Shown here one piece after another: positions 1 through 9,230 of a stretch of DNA of 64,000 nt. Location of the stretch: IMG/VR virus record IMGVR_UViG_3300009161_000023, positions 96,001 through 160,000 of that record; one strand, 5' to 3'. Made by a program: the position numbers and the translations under genes. The number at the start of each line of letters is the position of its first letter. The first letter of the stretch is position 1. The notes beneath the pieces were generated by a model. That model made no database searches and had not been told where the DNA came from. It was given only the letters and a program-made list of their open reading frames with translations. The DNA is from a virus.

Positions 1-269
1 ATTGGAAGCTCCTTGCTAGTGCATCTCCTCTTTATACATTTACTAAAACAGTTTATAATTCTGAAGATTCTTCCATTTATTGTAAATTAGTTTATCACGC
101 TGGTGCTATTGCTGGTCAAATGTGTAAGAAAATTATTTATGAATATGATGAAAGTGAAAATGTCATTGGAGTATGTGAAATACCTTATATTTTAAAAAAT
201 GATGATTTAATATATCCAGCAACTACAACTACAACTACAACTACAACTACAACTACTCCTACTCCTTAA
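1..269 (+). CDS. 3' end of a gene truncated by the window edge; poly-Thr C-terminal tail
   Basis: Open frame 3 to TAA at 267-269, ending ...YPATTTTTTTTTTTTPTP (ACTACA repeat); not in ORF track. Confidence 0.7.
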   Translation, partial: WKLLASASPLYTFTKTVYNSEDSSIYCKLVYHAGAIAGQMCKKIIYEYDESENVIGVCEIPYILKNDDLIYPATTTTTTTTTTTTPTP

Positions 270-280
270 TTTATAGAAGA

Positions 281-838
281 TTAAATAAAATCATTCCCCC
301 AATTTTTTCTTATTTCATTAATAAGTCTTTCTTTATTCTTTTCTTTTACTAATTGATTTTCTTCAATTATTTTTTTATTTTTTTCAATTATTATTTTCTT
401 TGAATGATGATATAAAGATTCTATTGTAGGTTCCCAATTTCCATCTGGATTATAAACAATTAAATTACTTGATTCTTCGTGATATTTTAAGTATCCTTTA
501 TAATAAAGTTTTATTTCAGAATCAGAATTTAAATATTTAATTTCTAATCCATTTCCATATCTTAAACCATCGTACCATAAACCAATTTGATAGGACACAT
601 TGTTTTCTGAAAATGTTTTAACTTCATCATCTTCTTTATCGTAAAATCCATCGTTTATATCTAGTAAATTTTCTGTTTCCGAACCTTCGTTATCATAAAT
701 AATAGGATCTCCAAGAGCTTGACAAATTAACGCTAGCTTGCCTTGTGTTCCCATTAAATCTTTATTGATAGCTTCTACTATTCTTTGTTGTTTTATTTTA
801 TTATTTATGTCCATACGGATATCTATAATTAGAGACAT
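281..838 (-). CDS. hypothetical protein
   Basis: 185-aa ORF with typical phage composition; no motif recognised. Confidence 0.7.
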   Translation of the reverse strand: MSLIIDIRMDINNKIKQQRIVEAINKDLMGTQGKLALICQALGDPIIYDNEGSETENLLDINDGFYDKEDDEVKTFSENNVSYQIGLWYDGLRYGNGLEIKYLNSDSEIKLYYKGYLKYHEESSNLIVYNPDGNWEPTIESLYHHSKKIIIEKNKKIIEENQLVKEKNKERLINEIRKNWGNDFI

Positions 839-864
839 TTTTTATTTTAACAAAAGGAGTAGTT

Positions 865-2463
865 ATGTTTGATTTAATAAAGTCTATAATTGATAATATT
901 TTTGTTTTAGTTGGATTTAAAAAATCAAAAAAAGAAACTTGTCTTTTCAATAACAAACCAACAGTTCAATTGCTTAATGATCCAACAACACCAAGACTAA
1001 AAATTTCTAAAGTTATTATTCCAGCAAATTTTTTAAACTTTACTGTTAAAGGATTTAATTCAACAGGAAATATTTTATTGAGTGAATCTTGGCAAAAAGA
1101 AAATGTTTATGCAAACATTAATGGTGCATTGGCTTACCTTAAACAATATTTTCCTCAGAATGTTAATAAATGGGCAGCAGTAAACAGTTTGACTGTTGAT
1201 ACTAGAGCAGGTAATGATGCAAATGCATATTACGATAGAAGGAATTTAAAGTTTTTTTATTTTAATGCCAATAAAAAAACTATTTATACATGTGATTCTG
1301 CTGATGTTGTAGTACATGAATTAGGCCATGCTATATTAGATTCTATCAGACCAGATTTTTGGAATTTAGCAGCATTTGAAATTGGTGCATTTCATGAATC
1401 TTTTGGTGATTTAACTTCATTATTAACTTGCCTTAGTTATGATCTATGTTTAAATTCTGTTTTAAAAGATACTAATAATGATTTGAGTAAATCAAATTTT
1501 GTAAGTAAACTTGCAGAACAATTTGGTGTTTCATTAAAAATTGGTAATTCATTAAGAAATGCCTTGAATGATTATAATTATGTTGATCCAAAAACATTGC
1601 CTTATGATGGCAATGGATTGATTCAAGAAATTCATAGTTTTTCTCAAGTATGGACAGGAACATTTTATGATTTGCTAGTTGAATTTTTTAATTTGTATGG
1701 TAAAAATTATGCTGCTTTAGTTAAAGCTAGAGATTTATCAGCAGAATTTTTGTATAATGCAATTCAAAACACACCATCAAATCCTAATTTTTTCAAAGCT
1801 TTAGCAACTAATTATATTTCATACGATTTAACAAAATATAATTCTCAATATAATTCTATTTTAATAAAAGTTTTTACAAAAAGAAATTTAATTTCTGCTT
1901 CTTTATCTGATTCTTTGACAAATAATAAATTTAATATTATGAACGAGGGAAACAATATATTATTTAAAGAAGAAAAATTTGTTTCTTTAGATGCTAAAGA
2001 ATTCGATATAAATATTGATGAATTCAATGTTCAAATTGCAGCCGATACTTACAAGCCAAAAAACAATTCGTTTAACATGCTTTCTATTGAAAATAATATA
2101 GATGAATCTTTAGAAGCAGCAAAATTATTTGTTAGATATTTAAAAAACAAAGATAGTATTGGCAATAATAAAAATCAATCTTGGGAAATTGATTCAAAAA
2201 CAAATTTATTGACAAGAAAATTTTCTTGTTATGGTGATTTGGGATTTATTAACAATTGCACAATTGAAGGTCAGCCAGAGTTTGGCAAGTGTTGGAAAGC
2301 AGAAAATAATTCTGGTTGTTGTCCTTTTGGTTGTAAAACAACCACAGAATCATCAATTCCAGAAAAACCTGTATGTAGCATAAGCTATAACAGCTGCAAT
2401 AAAAGTTCTTATATTAGCTGCAACGGAACAGTTAATAGTGTTTGTAATTGTAAAACAAGATAA
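865..2463 (+). CDS. zinc metallopeptidase (thermolysin M4/M36-like) with Cys-rich C-terminal tail
   Basis: NDANAYY, VVVHELGHAILD (HExxH), AFHESFGD third-ligand motif; SD AAGGAG. Confidence 0.8.
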   Translation: MFDLIKSIIDNIFVLVGFKKSKKETCLFNNKPTVQLLNDPTTPRLKISKVIIPANFLNFTVKGFNSTGNILLSESWQKENVYANINGALAYLKQYFPQNVNKWAAVNSLTVDTRAGNDANAYYDRRNLKFFYFNANKKTIYTCDSADVVVHELGHAILDSIRPDFWNLAAFEIGAFHESFGDLTSLLTCLSYDLCLNSVLKDTNNDLSKSNFVSKLAEQFGVSLKIGNSLRNALNDYNYVDPKTLPYDGNGLIQEIHSFSQVWTGTFYDLLVEFFNLYGKNYAALVKARDLSAEFLYNAIQNTPSNPNFFKALATNYISYDLTKYNSQYNSILIKVFTKRNLISASLSDSLTNNKFNIMNEGNNILFKEEKFVSLDAKEFDINIDEFNVQIAADTYKPKNNSFNMLSIENNIDESLEAAKLFVRYLKNKDSIGNNKNQSWEIDSKTNLLTRKFSCYGDLGFINNCTIEGQPEFGKCWKAENNSGCCPFGCKTTTESSIPEKPVCSISYNSCNKSSYISCNGTVNSVCNCKTR

Positions 2464-2483
2464 AAACTCTTAGAAAGGATTAT

Positions 2484-2606
2484 ATGTTCGATGAAATACT
2501 TTTTTTCTGTGCTGGTTTACTTGTTGGTTGGAATTTAATACCGCAACCAACTTGGGTTAAATTACTTTATGATAAAATAATGTCAAAATTATTTCAAAAT
2601 TCATAA
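2484..2606 (+). CDS. 40-aa membrane peptide (MFDEILFFCAGLLVGWNLIPQPTWVKLLYDKIMSKLFQNS)
   Basis: Translated by hand; SD AAAGGA, one hydrophobic helix; below the ORF-track cutoff. Confidence 0.65.
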   Translation: MFDEILFFCAGLLVGWNLIPQPTWVKLLYDKIMSKLFQNS

Positions 2607-2627
2607 TTTATTTAAATTGATCAATAT

Positions 2628-2667
2628 ATAACAAAAGAAATTTATTTAAATAAATTTCTTTTGTTAT
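2628..2667. terminator. perfect 40-bp palindrome, probable intrinsic terminator
   Basis: ATAACAAAAGAAATTTATTT|AAATAAATTTCTTTTGTTAT followed by a T-rich tract. Confidence 0.6.
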
Positions 2668-2692
2668 TTTGTGTTTTAAAATATAATAAATT

Positions 2693-3133
<441 letters not shown>

Positions 3134-3174
3134 ACAAGAAGCATATAGAAACTATTAAAAAAGGCGGTGTACAA

Positions 3175-4467
3175 ATTAAAACTATCATTGTGATTGGTGC
3201 TGGAATTTCTGGATTATCAGCAGCTAAAAGCTTGAAAACAAAAGGTTATAATGTTACTGTTCTTGAAGCTAAAAATTATATTGGCGGAAGAATTAAAACA
3301 CATGATTTTAATGGTATAAAATTAGAAATGGGAGCTTCTTGGGTACATGGACAAATTGGTAATCCTGTAGGAAAAATTGTTAAAAAACAAGGAGGAAGGC
3401 TTGTTCTTTCAGATTATAAACCTCATATTTACTATAATAAAAAAAATAAAAAATTTAATTTTAAAAAAGGAATTCTTAAGAAATTTTATGATAATTTAAA
3501 AGCTATTAAAAAAGACAAAGTTGACCAATCAATACTTAATGCTTGGAATACTTTTGTAAAAGAATCATTAAAAAATTCAAAAAAATATACTCCTTCACTT
3601 ATTGGCGATTTATTTCAAACCATTATATATGATTTTCAAGCTGAGGTTGGAGGTGATTTATCAGAAATTTCTGCTCAACAATGGGATGAAGATGGCGAAC
3701 TTGAAGGAGGAGATCACTTAGTTTTAAAAGGATATGAAAGAGTAACTGAATTTTTAGCTAATGGTTTAAATATAATCTTGAATACACCAATTAAAAAAAT
3801 TGAAGATAATAAAAAATCTGTTAAGGTAACAACAGTAGGAGGCACTGAATACATTGCGGATTATGTTGTTGTTTCAGTGTCTTTAGGAGTGTTAAAAAGC
3901 AACTCTATTACTTTCATTCCTGCTTTACCTAAAAACAAGAAAATTGCTATAGATACAATTAAAATGAGTAATTTTTTAAAAACTTGGTTAGTTTTTGAAA
4001 AAGATTTTTGGAGCAACGCACAAGATATACAGTTTTTTACAAATCATTTATTTTTAGATTTTTTTAACCCTTTATCAGTATCAGCTAATCACTCGGCATC
4101 TTTTAAAAATCCAATTTTATTGGCAATGCATGGAGGAAAACAAGCTGAAAAGGTTAGAGGACTTACAAGTGATCAGATCTCACAAAAAGTTTATAATGTA
4201 CTTGAAAAAGTTTATGGTGGAAAAACAACAAAACCTACTGTGCATCAGAGTTCATGGCATAACGATCAATATACATTAGGAAGTTATTCGTTTATTCCAG
4301 TTGGAGGCAATATAAGCATGTATGATGATATGGCCAAACCATATGGAAAAATTTATTTTGCTGGGGAGCATACATTTGGTAGATTTCATGCAACAACACA
4401 TGGTGCATTTTGGTCTGGTAAAAGAGCAGCAATCGAAATAGATTCTAGAATTTCTTCAATCATTTAA
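3175..4467 (+). CDS. flavin-containing amine oxidase (polyamine/monoamine oxidase family)
   Basis: IGAGISGLSAA, LEAKNYIGGR, EMGASWVHG, YFAGEHT...THGAFWSGKRAA. The Rossmann strand KTIIV lies upstream of the GTG at 3190, so the start is placed at ATT 3175. Confidence 0.9.
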   Translation: MKTIIVIGAGISGLSAAKSLKTKGYNVTVLEAKNYIGGRIKTHDFNGIKLEMGASWVHGQIGNPVGKIVKKQGGRLVLSDYKPHIYYNKKNKKFNFKKGILKKFYDNLKAIKKDKVDQSILNAWNTFVKESLKNSKKYTPSLIGDLFQTIIYDFQAEVGGDLSEISAQQWDEDGELEGGDHLVLKGYERVTEFLANGLNIILNTPIKKIEDNKKSVKVTTVGGTEYIADYVVVSVSLGVLKSNSITFIPALPKNKKIAIDTIKMSNFLKTWLVFEKDFWSNAQDIQFFTNHLFLDFFNPLSVSANHSASFKNPILLAMHGGKQAEKVRGLTSDQISQKVYNVLEKVYGGKTTKPTVHQSSWHNDQYTLGSYSFIPVGGNISMYDDMAKPYGKIYFAGEHTFGRFHATTHGAFWSGKRAAIEIDSRISSII

Positions 4468-4938
4468 TTTTAATTGAATGTTTTTAACCATAGATATTCT
4501 TATGCTTTTTAAATTTAATATTCCAATAGCCTTGTCTTTAAAAAAACCATTCGAATGTAAATGTTGAATCATGTAAAACAAATAATTAGGATCAATTTTA
4601 TTAGATGTAACTTTTATTCCAATTTTTTCTTTATCAAAATGTTTATTTGGTTTTCCTACTTCTTCAACAGAACCTTTTCTTGTTATCCAAAAATTAGCTT
4701 CTGGTAAATTAACTTTAACATTTGCTATATCTGAAAATTTTAAAATTTCATTATTTTCTAGCTTGTAAAATTTAGGTTTGGGTTTTCTTTTTCTAATACC
4801 AGTTGGTGGCAAGTTACTGAAATCATAATTTAATCCAGGTCCACCTAAACCATTAATCCAACTTGAAATTGCTTGATTGCTAACACCATCTTGATTGTTT
4901 GTCGCAATTTCGTTTAAAAATTTTAAAAATGATTTCAT
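4456..4938 (-). CDS. putative head-internal protein with an HsdS-like C-terminal domain
   Basis: Start MKSFLKFLNE (4938); C-terminal FSDIANVK...IDPNYLFYMIQ...SIRISMVKNIQL resembles a type I R-M S-subunit target-recognition half. Confidence 0.5.
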   Translation of the reverse strand: MKSFLKFLNEIATNNQDGVSNQAISSWINGLGGPGLNYDFSNLPPTGIRKRKPKPKFYKLENNEILKFSDIANVKVNLPEANFWITRKGSVEEVGKPNKHFDKEKIGIKVTSNKIDPNYLFYMIQHLHSNGFFKDKAIGILNLKSIRISMVKNIQLKLND

Positions 4939-4960
4939 AATATTACTAATATATATCATT

Positions 4961-5467
4961 ATGAACAACAAAAATACTTGGAATGGCGTTTTAATTATTG
5001 ATGAATTTATCGTATACAGAGATAAAAAAATAATTTATAAAGAAAATAATATTAATAATATTTTTCATTCTAGTGGGCAGTTTTATTTTTTGAAAATATT
5101 ATTTAAGCATTTAAGTGCTCCTAATAATTATTATTTAGGACTGGATAACAGAAGTGTTGTTACCTTAGAAAACACTCTTGAATCTATTGAAGGTGAACCA
5201 GTAGGAAAAGGATATATAAGACAATCTGTTTCTTCTAATAATTTTCAATTAAATCAAGGACAAAATGGAAACTATAGAGTTGTTGGCCCAACAGTAACAT
5301 TTAACGCAACTACTAACAAATGGGGTCCTGTTAAAAATATATTTCTTACAAATTCTTCTTCGGGAACCGATGGACATTTAATTTCTTCTGCTAATTTAGC
5401 TGAATCTATAACTTTAAATCCTCCAGATTCAGCAACATTGAAATTTGCCTTTGCTTTTTCTAATTAG
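4961..5467 (+). CDS. putative virion tail/structural protein
   Basis: EPVGKGYIRQ...VTFNATTNKWGPV...GHLIS pattern seen in small phage tail proteins; ATATATA 5 nt before ATG 4961. Confidence 0.5.
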   Translation: MNNKNTWNGVLIIDEFIVYRDKKIIYKENNINNIFHSSGQFYFLKILFKHLSAPNNYYLGLDNRSVVTLENTLESIEGEPVGKGYIRQSVSSNNFQLNQGQNGNYRVVGPTVTFNATTNKWGPVKNIFLTNSSSGTDGHLISSANLAESITLNPPDSATLKFAFAFSN

Positions 5468-5855
5468 ATTTTAAATAAAAAGAACTTAATAATTCTTTTT
5501 TGTTTATAAACTTAATATAATGTATGAATTTAACATTTGTATTTTTATTTAAATCATAAGTATTTAATGAACTAAAAAAATTATTTTTTTCTAAAGTTTT
5601 TTTATTTTTTAAATTAATTGAATAACAATTATTTTCACAAGATATTGTTTTTTCTTTTTTATCAAATAAAATTTTATATTTTGTAAATATTTCTTCAATA
5701 TTATTTTTGTGCTTTTCATTTATAAATGAAGATTCAAAAAAAGATCCATATGCTTCAAAGCTTTGTTGTTTTTTAATTAAAGCTAACTTTTCTTCTTCAA
5801 TTACAATTGTGTGACAAATTAAATATAATTTTGATTCAGGTTTTTTAACTTTCAA
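5460..5855 (-). CDS. hypothetical protein
   Basis: 131-aa ORF starting 2 nt after the nuclease stop. Confidence 0.6.
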   Translation of the reverse strand: MKVKKPESKLYLICHTIVIEEEKLALIKKQQSFEAYGSFFESSFINEKHKNNIEEIFTKYKILFDKKEKTISCENNCYSINLKNKKTLEKNNFFSSLNTYDLNKNTNVKFIHYIKFINKKELLSSFYLKSN

Positions 5856-5857
5856 GA

Positions 5858-6628
5858 TTATCCTTTTTTAAAAAATGGACAGATATCATTATAATCGCAC
5901 CTTCTGCAATGTTCTCCGACATTTCCATGTACTTCGTCTGGATCTTTATTTATGATTTTTTTGTAAGTTTCAATTAAAGTTTTTTTGCAATTTTGTAAAG
6001 TTTCTTCGCTAAAGCTTACTGATATTAATTCACATCCATCAAGATAAAACAAAGCTAAAACAATATTTTCTGCTTTTATATTAAACAATTCTTTTACAAC
6101 TAAAGCATAAGTTTGCATTTGCAAATCGCTTTTAATTGTAAATTTATTTTTTCTATAAGGCCCTTTTTTAGTTGTTTTATAATCAATAATAAATATCTTA
6201 TCGTTTTTTTTAATTAATCTATCTATGAATCCATATGCAGTTATATTATTAGGTGGATCTAAATCAAGTTTGAATTCAAATTCTAAATCACCATCAAATC
6301 CTAAGTATTCAGTTATATTTTTAATGGCTCTTACATGATCGCCTATTTTTCTTTGATAGGCAATTGGCAAGCTAATTTTTGATTTATTATCAGAATCTCT
6401 CTGTATAGCAATATTTCCTTCTATTATATTTTTAATATAATGTTCTAAAGTATTGCTGCCTTTTGATTCGACATATAATTCGGCCCCTTTATGAATAATT
6501 TGACCGTATGTAAAATAAATTTGTTGCGGTTTATTTGAAACTACATTAAGATGATATCGGTATTTATACTGCTGTTCGCATAAATCCCAACACTGTTTTC
6601 TACTTACGCTTAAATGTGAAATTTTCAT
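5858..6628 (-). CDS. PD-(D/E)XK exonuclease, Cas4/AddB-like, with Fe-S cysteines
   Basis: GFIDRL...IIDYKT and QMQTY motifs; N-terminal Cys plus C-terminal CRRCDYNDIC. Start moved to MKISHLS. Confidence 0.85.
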   Translation of the reverse strand: MKISHLSVSRKQCWDLCEQQYKYRYHLNVVSNKPQQIYFTYGQIIHKGAELYVESKGSNTLEHYIKNIIEGNIAIQRDSDNKSKISLPIAYQRKIGDHVRAIKNITEYLGFDGDLEFEFKLDLDPPNNITAYGFIDRLIKKNDKIFIIDYKTTKKGPYRKNKFTIKSDLQMQTYALVVKELFNIKAENIVLALFYLDGCELISVSFSEETLQNCKKTLIETYKKIINKDPDEVHGNVGEHCRRCDYNDICPFFKKG

Positions 6629-6656
6629 ACTGTATTTTACACTATTGGAAATAATT

Positions 6657-7658
6657 ATGCAAATTAGTTTTGATGCTTTTAAAGATTGGGCAGATAAAAG
6701 ATTTTCCAACATCTTAATAAAAGGCAATGAAATTAGATTAAATTCTATTTTTTCTGAAGATAAAAGTCATCATATGTGGTGTAATCCTTATGGTGGCAAA
6801 AAAACTATAGATTATGGGGTTTATCATTGTTTTAAAACAGATAAAAAAGGAACTTTGATTGGTTTGGTTATGGAAGTAGATAAGTGTGATTTTTATACCG
6901 CATTAAGGATTTTAAAAGGCGATGCAAGGGTAAGTAATAAACCATTGAATAAAATATTAGATTTTTATGATAATAAAATTTATTCTAAAGTAAGAAAAAT
7001 TAATTTCCCAGAACATTGTTTTAAAATTGATGAATTTTCAAATGATAAAATTCATCAAAATGCAATCGAATATTTAAATAAAAGAAAAATTGATTTTAAA
7101 GATTTTTATGTTTGTTTGAATGGAAATTACAATAATAGAATTATTATACCTTATTTTAATGAAATGAAAGAATTAATTTATTTCAATTCTAGAGCGTTGC
7201 ATGAAACAAAATTAAGATATTTAGGGCCACCAAAAACAATTGGCGTAGGCAAAGAAGATATTCTTTATTTCCCAAGCATTCCAACATCAAAGAAAGTTTA
7301 CCTTACAGAAGGCGAATTTGATGCTTATTCGTTAAAAACATGTGGGTTTAATAGTGCAGCTTGTGGAGGTAAAAATTTATCTGATATTCAAGCATCTATG
7401 TTATCTACTTTTAAAATTTGTCTTTGTTTAGATTTAGATAATGCAGGTACTACCGCTTTGAAAAGCATGAAAAATAAGTTAGATGCTTTTAATTCTTCTG
7501 GATCAAAAAATAGAATTACTATAATTAGACCAGCAGAAGGGTATAAAGATTGGAATGAAATGCTTGTTAAGTTCAACATAGATGTTGTAAATGCATATAT
7601 TGAAAAACACGAAAAATTATTTTCTTTAAGTGACTTTGGAGGCTTCAATGAATTCTGA
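6657..7658 (+). CDS. DNA primase (TOPRIM, DnaG/T4 gp61-like)
   Basis: RIIIPY, YLTEGEFDA, CLDLDNAG, KDWNE; degenerate Zn-binding region YHCFK. Confidence 0.85.
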   Translation: MQISFDAFKDWADKRFSNILIKGNEIRLNSIFSEDKSHHMWCNPYGGKKTIDYGVYHCFKTDKKGTLIGLVMEVDKCDFYTALRILKGDARVSNKPLNKILDFYDNKIYSKVRKINFPEHCFKIDEFSNDKIHQNAIEYLNKRKIDFKDFYVCLNGNYNNRIIIPYFNEMKELIYFNSRALHETKLRYLGPPKTIGVGKEDILYFPSIPTSKKVYLTEGEFDAYSLKTCGFNSAACGGKNLSDIQASMLSTFKICLCLDLDNAGTTALKSMKNKLDAFNSSGSKNRITIIRPAEGYKDWNEMLVKFNIDVVNAYIEKHEKLFSLSDFGGFNEF

Positions 7659-7947
7659 TATTAAAAAAATATTTTTAAATAAAATTTGTACCATAATATT
7701 AAAACCAATTAATAGAAACTTTAACGAAGAACAAAACATTAATTATTTTGTTGGATCTGTTATTGATATTAACGAAGAAGGAATCTTAATGGAACACCCA
7801 GAAAATAAATGTAAAAGTTTTTTTTATAAAAATTCTATTATTGGTTTGGCAGAAGAATTAGTTGTTTATAAAAAAGATGAAGTAAAAAATAAGAATTTTA
7901 ATCCTTATGAAAACATAGATGATTTGACGGATGTTATTAAAAAATAA
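7648..7947 (+). CDS. small hypothetical protein, possible Sm/LSm-like fold
   Basis: SD GGAGG; strand pattern KICTIIL...FVGSVIDINEEGILM...FFYKNSIIGL. Confidence 0.55.
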   Translation: MNSDIKKIFLNKICTIILKPINRNFNEEQNINYFVGSVIDINEEGILMEHPENKCKSFFYKNSIIGLAEELVVYKKDEVKNKNFNPYENIDDLTDVIKK

Positions 7948-7949
7948 TA

Positions 7950-8759
7950 TTAAATATCTGGTATACCAAGACATCCAATTGTTATTCTTGATAGAAAAAT
8001 ATCAAGATCTTTTTTGTTATAACTGTCAATGTTTTCTTCTATGCATCTATAAAGATCATCAACTTTATTCTCTTTGATAGTTAAAATTATTTTTTTATTT
8101 AAAAGTTCTTCAAATTTAGTAATTTGATTTTTAATATCAACTACAAAATCTTTTCTATCAAGATTATTTAACAAGTCTGATATTTTTTCTTTTATTTCTT
8201 TAATTTTTTCAACTAAATATAAATCTGGTTTAGTAGCTTCTTCTGGTTCTTCTGGTTCTTCTGGTTCTTCTGGCTTGCTTGGTTCTGCTAGTTCAGAAGA
8301 AGGTTCTACAGTAACTTTTTTTGCTGCTTCGTATCTTTTTTCGTTTTTTAAAACATTAATAATTACATTTAAAGTATTTTCAATTTCATTTATTTTATCT
8401 GATATTTCTTGAACCATTTTATCTCGACTCAATTCAATTGAATAATAATTAGATTGATTCCAAGTTTTTATAGCATCATAAATTAAATTATATGTTTTTT
8501 CATCAAGACAAAAATCAGGAATGTTGTTGTAAACTGGCTTCTTTTTTCCAAATAATTTTTCTAATACAGTTTTTTTTTCAGAATCAACATCTGGATTCTG
8601 TGTTTTTATTTCAGATTTGCATTTCTCTTTTAAATCATTTAGAAATTTATTATAAGACGGAAAATTGTCATCAACAAAACTTCTTGTTTTGCCAATAAAT
8701 TCTCTTTTTAATTCTTTCAAAGTTGAAACAAGATTATATAACTGTCTTAAGTTTGCCAT
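7950..8759 (-). CDS. hypothetical helical protein with PEE repeats
   Basis: PEEPEEPEEPEE encoded by 9-bp repeats near 8240-8270; ATATATA 4 nt before ATG. Confidence 0.65.
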   Translation of the reverse strand: MANLRQLYNLVSTLKELKREFIGKTRSFVDDNFPSYNKFLNDLKEKCKSEIKTQNPDVDSEKKTVLEKLFGKKKPVYNNIPDFCLDEKTYNLIYDAIKTWNQSNYYSIELSRDKMVQEISDKINEIENTLNVIINVLKNEKRYEAAKKVTVEPSSELAEPSKPEEPEEPEEPEEATKPDLYLVEKIKEIKEKISDLLNNLDRKDFVVDIKNQITKFEELLNKKIILTIKENKVDDLYRCIEENIDSYNKKDLDIFLSRITIGCLGIPDI

Positions 8760-8762
8760 GTA

Positions 8763-9230
8763 CTATATATTATTTTTTTTTAAAAAGCTTCCGATTTTTT
8801 TCAAAGACATTATTTTTGAATCGAAATCATGAAAATCACTATTTGTATACTGTATGTTTAATTCATTGAATTGAGATTCTTCTTCGTTTGAAACAACATC
8901 AAAATAAAAACTTTTTCCTATTTTGCTTATTAATTTAAACTTATGCATTAAAAGATATGCAGCAACTCCTAAATCAGTAACAAAGCAGTCTGAGTTGCTT
9001 TTAATATTAAAATCTTGTAATTTTTTAAGTCCCATTAAACAATGATCAAAGTAATGAAATTCACTTAATAGATAGCTAACAATTAATTCATCAAATTTAA
9101 GTTCATCATTTTCATTAATTTCAAAAAAAAATATTTTTTCTTTTTTACCTAATAAATTAAACTTATTCATTAGCAAATAAGCTGAAATTCCTAAATCTGC
9201 TTGTGATTTAACTATTTTATTATTTATCAT
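8763..9230 (-). CDS. internally duplicated small-domain protein (DUF5659-like x2)
   Basis: ADLGISAYLLMNKF...FDHCLMGLKK and TDLGVAAYLLMHKF...FDSKIMSLKK; ATGA overlap with the actin gene stop. Confidence 0.65.
   Translation of the reverse strand: MINNKIVKSQADLGISAYLLMNKFNLLGKKEKIFFFEINENDELKFDELIVSYLLSEFHYFDHCLMGLKKLQDFNIKSNSDCFVTDLGVAAYLLMHKFKLISKIGKSFYFDVVSNEEESQFNELNIQYTNSDFHDFDSKIMSLKKIGSFLKKNNI

Noticed and set aside
5858-6628. Cas4 as evidence of a CRISPR-Cas locus
   Set aside because: Solo Cas4/AddB-like nucleases are common in phage replication modules; no cas1/cas2 or array is present.
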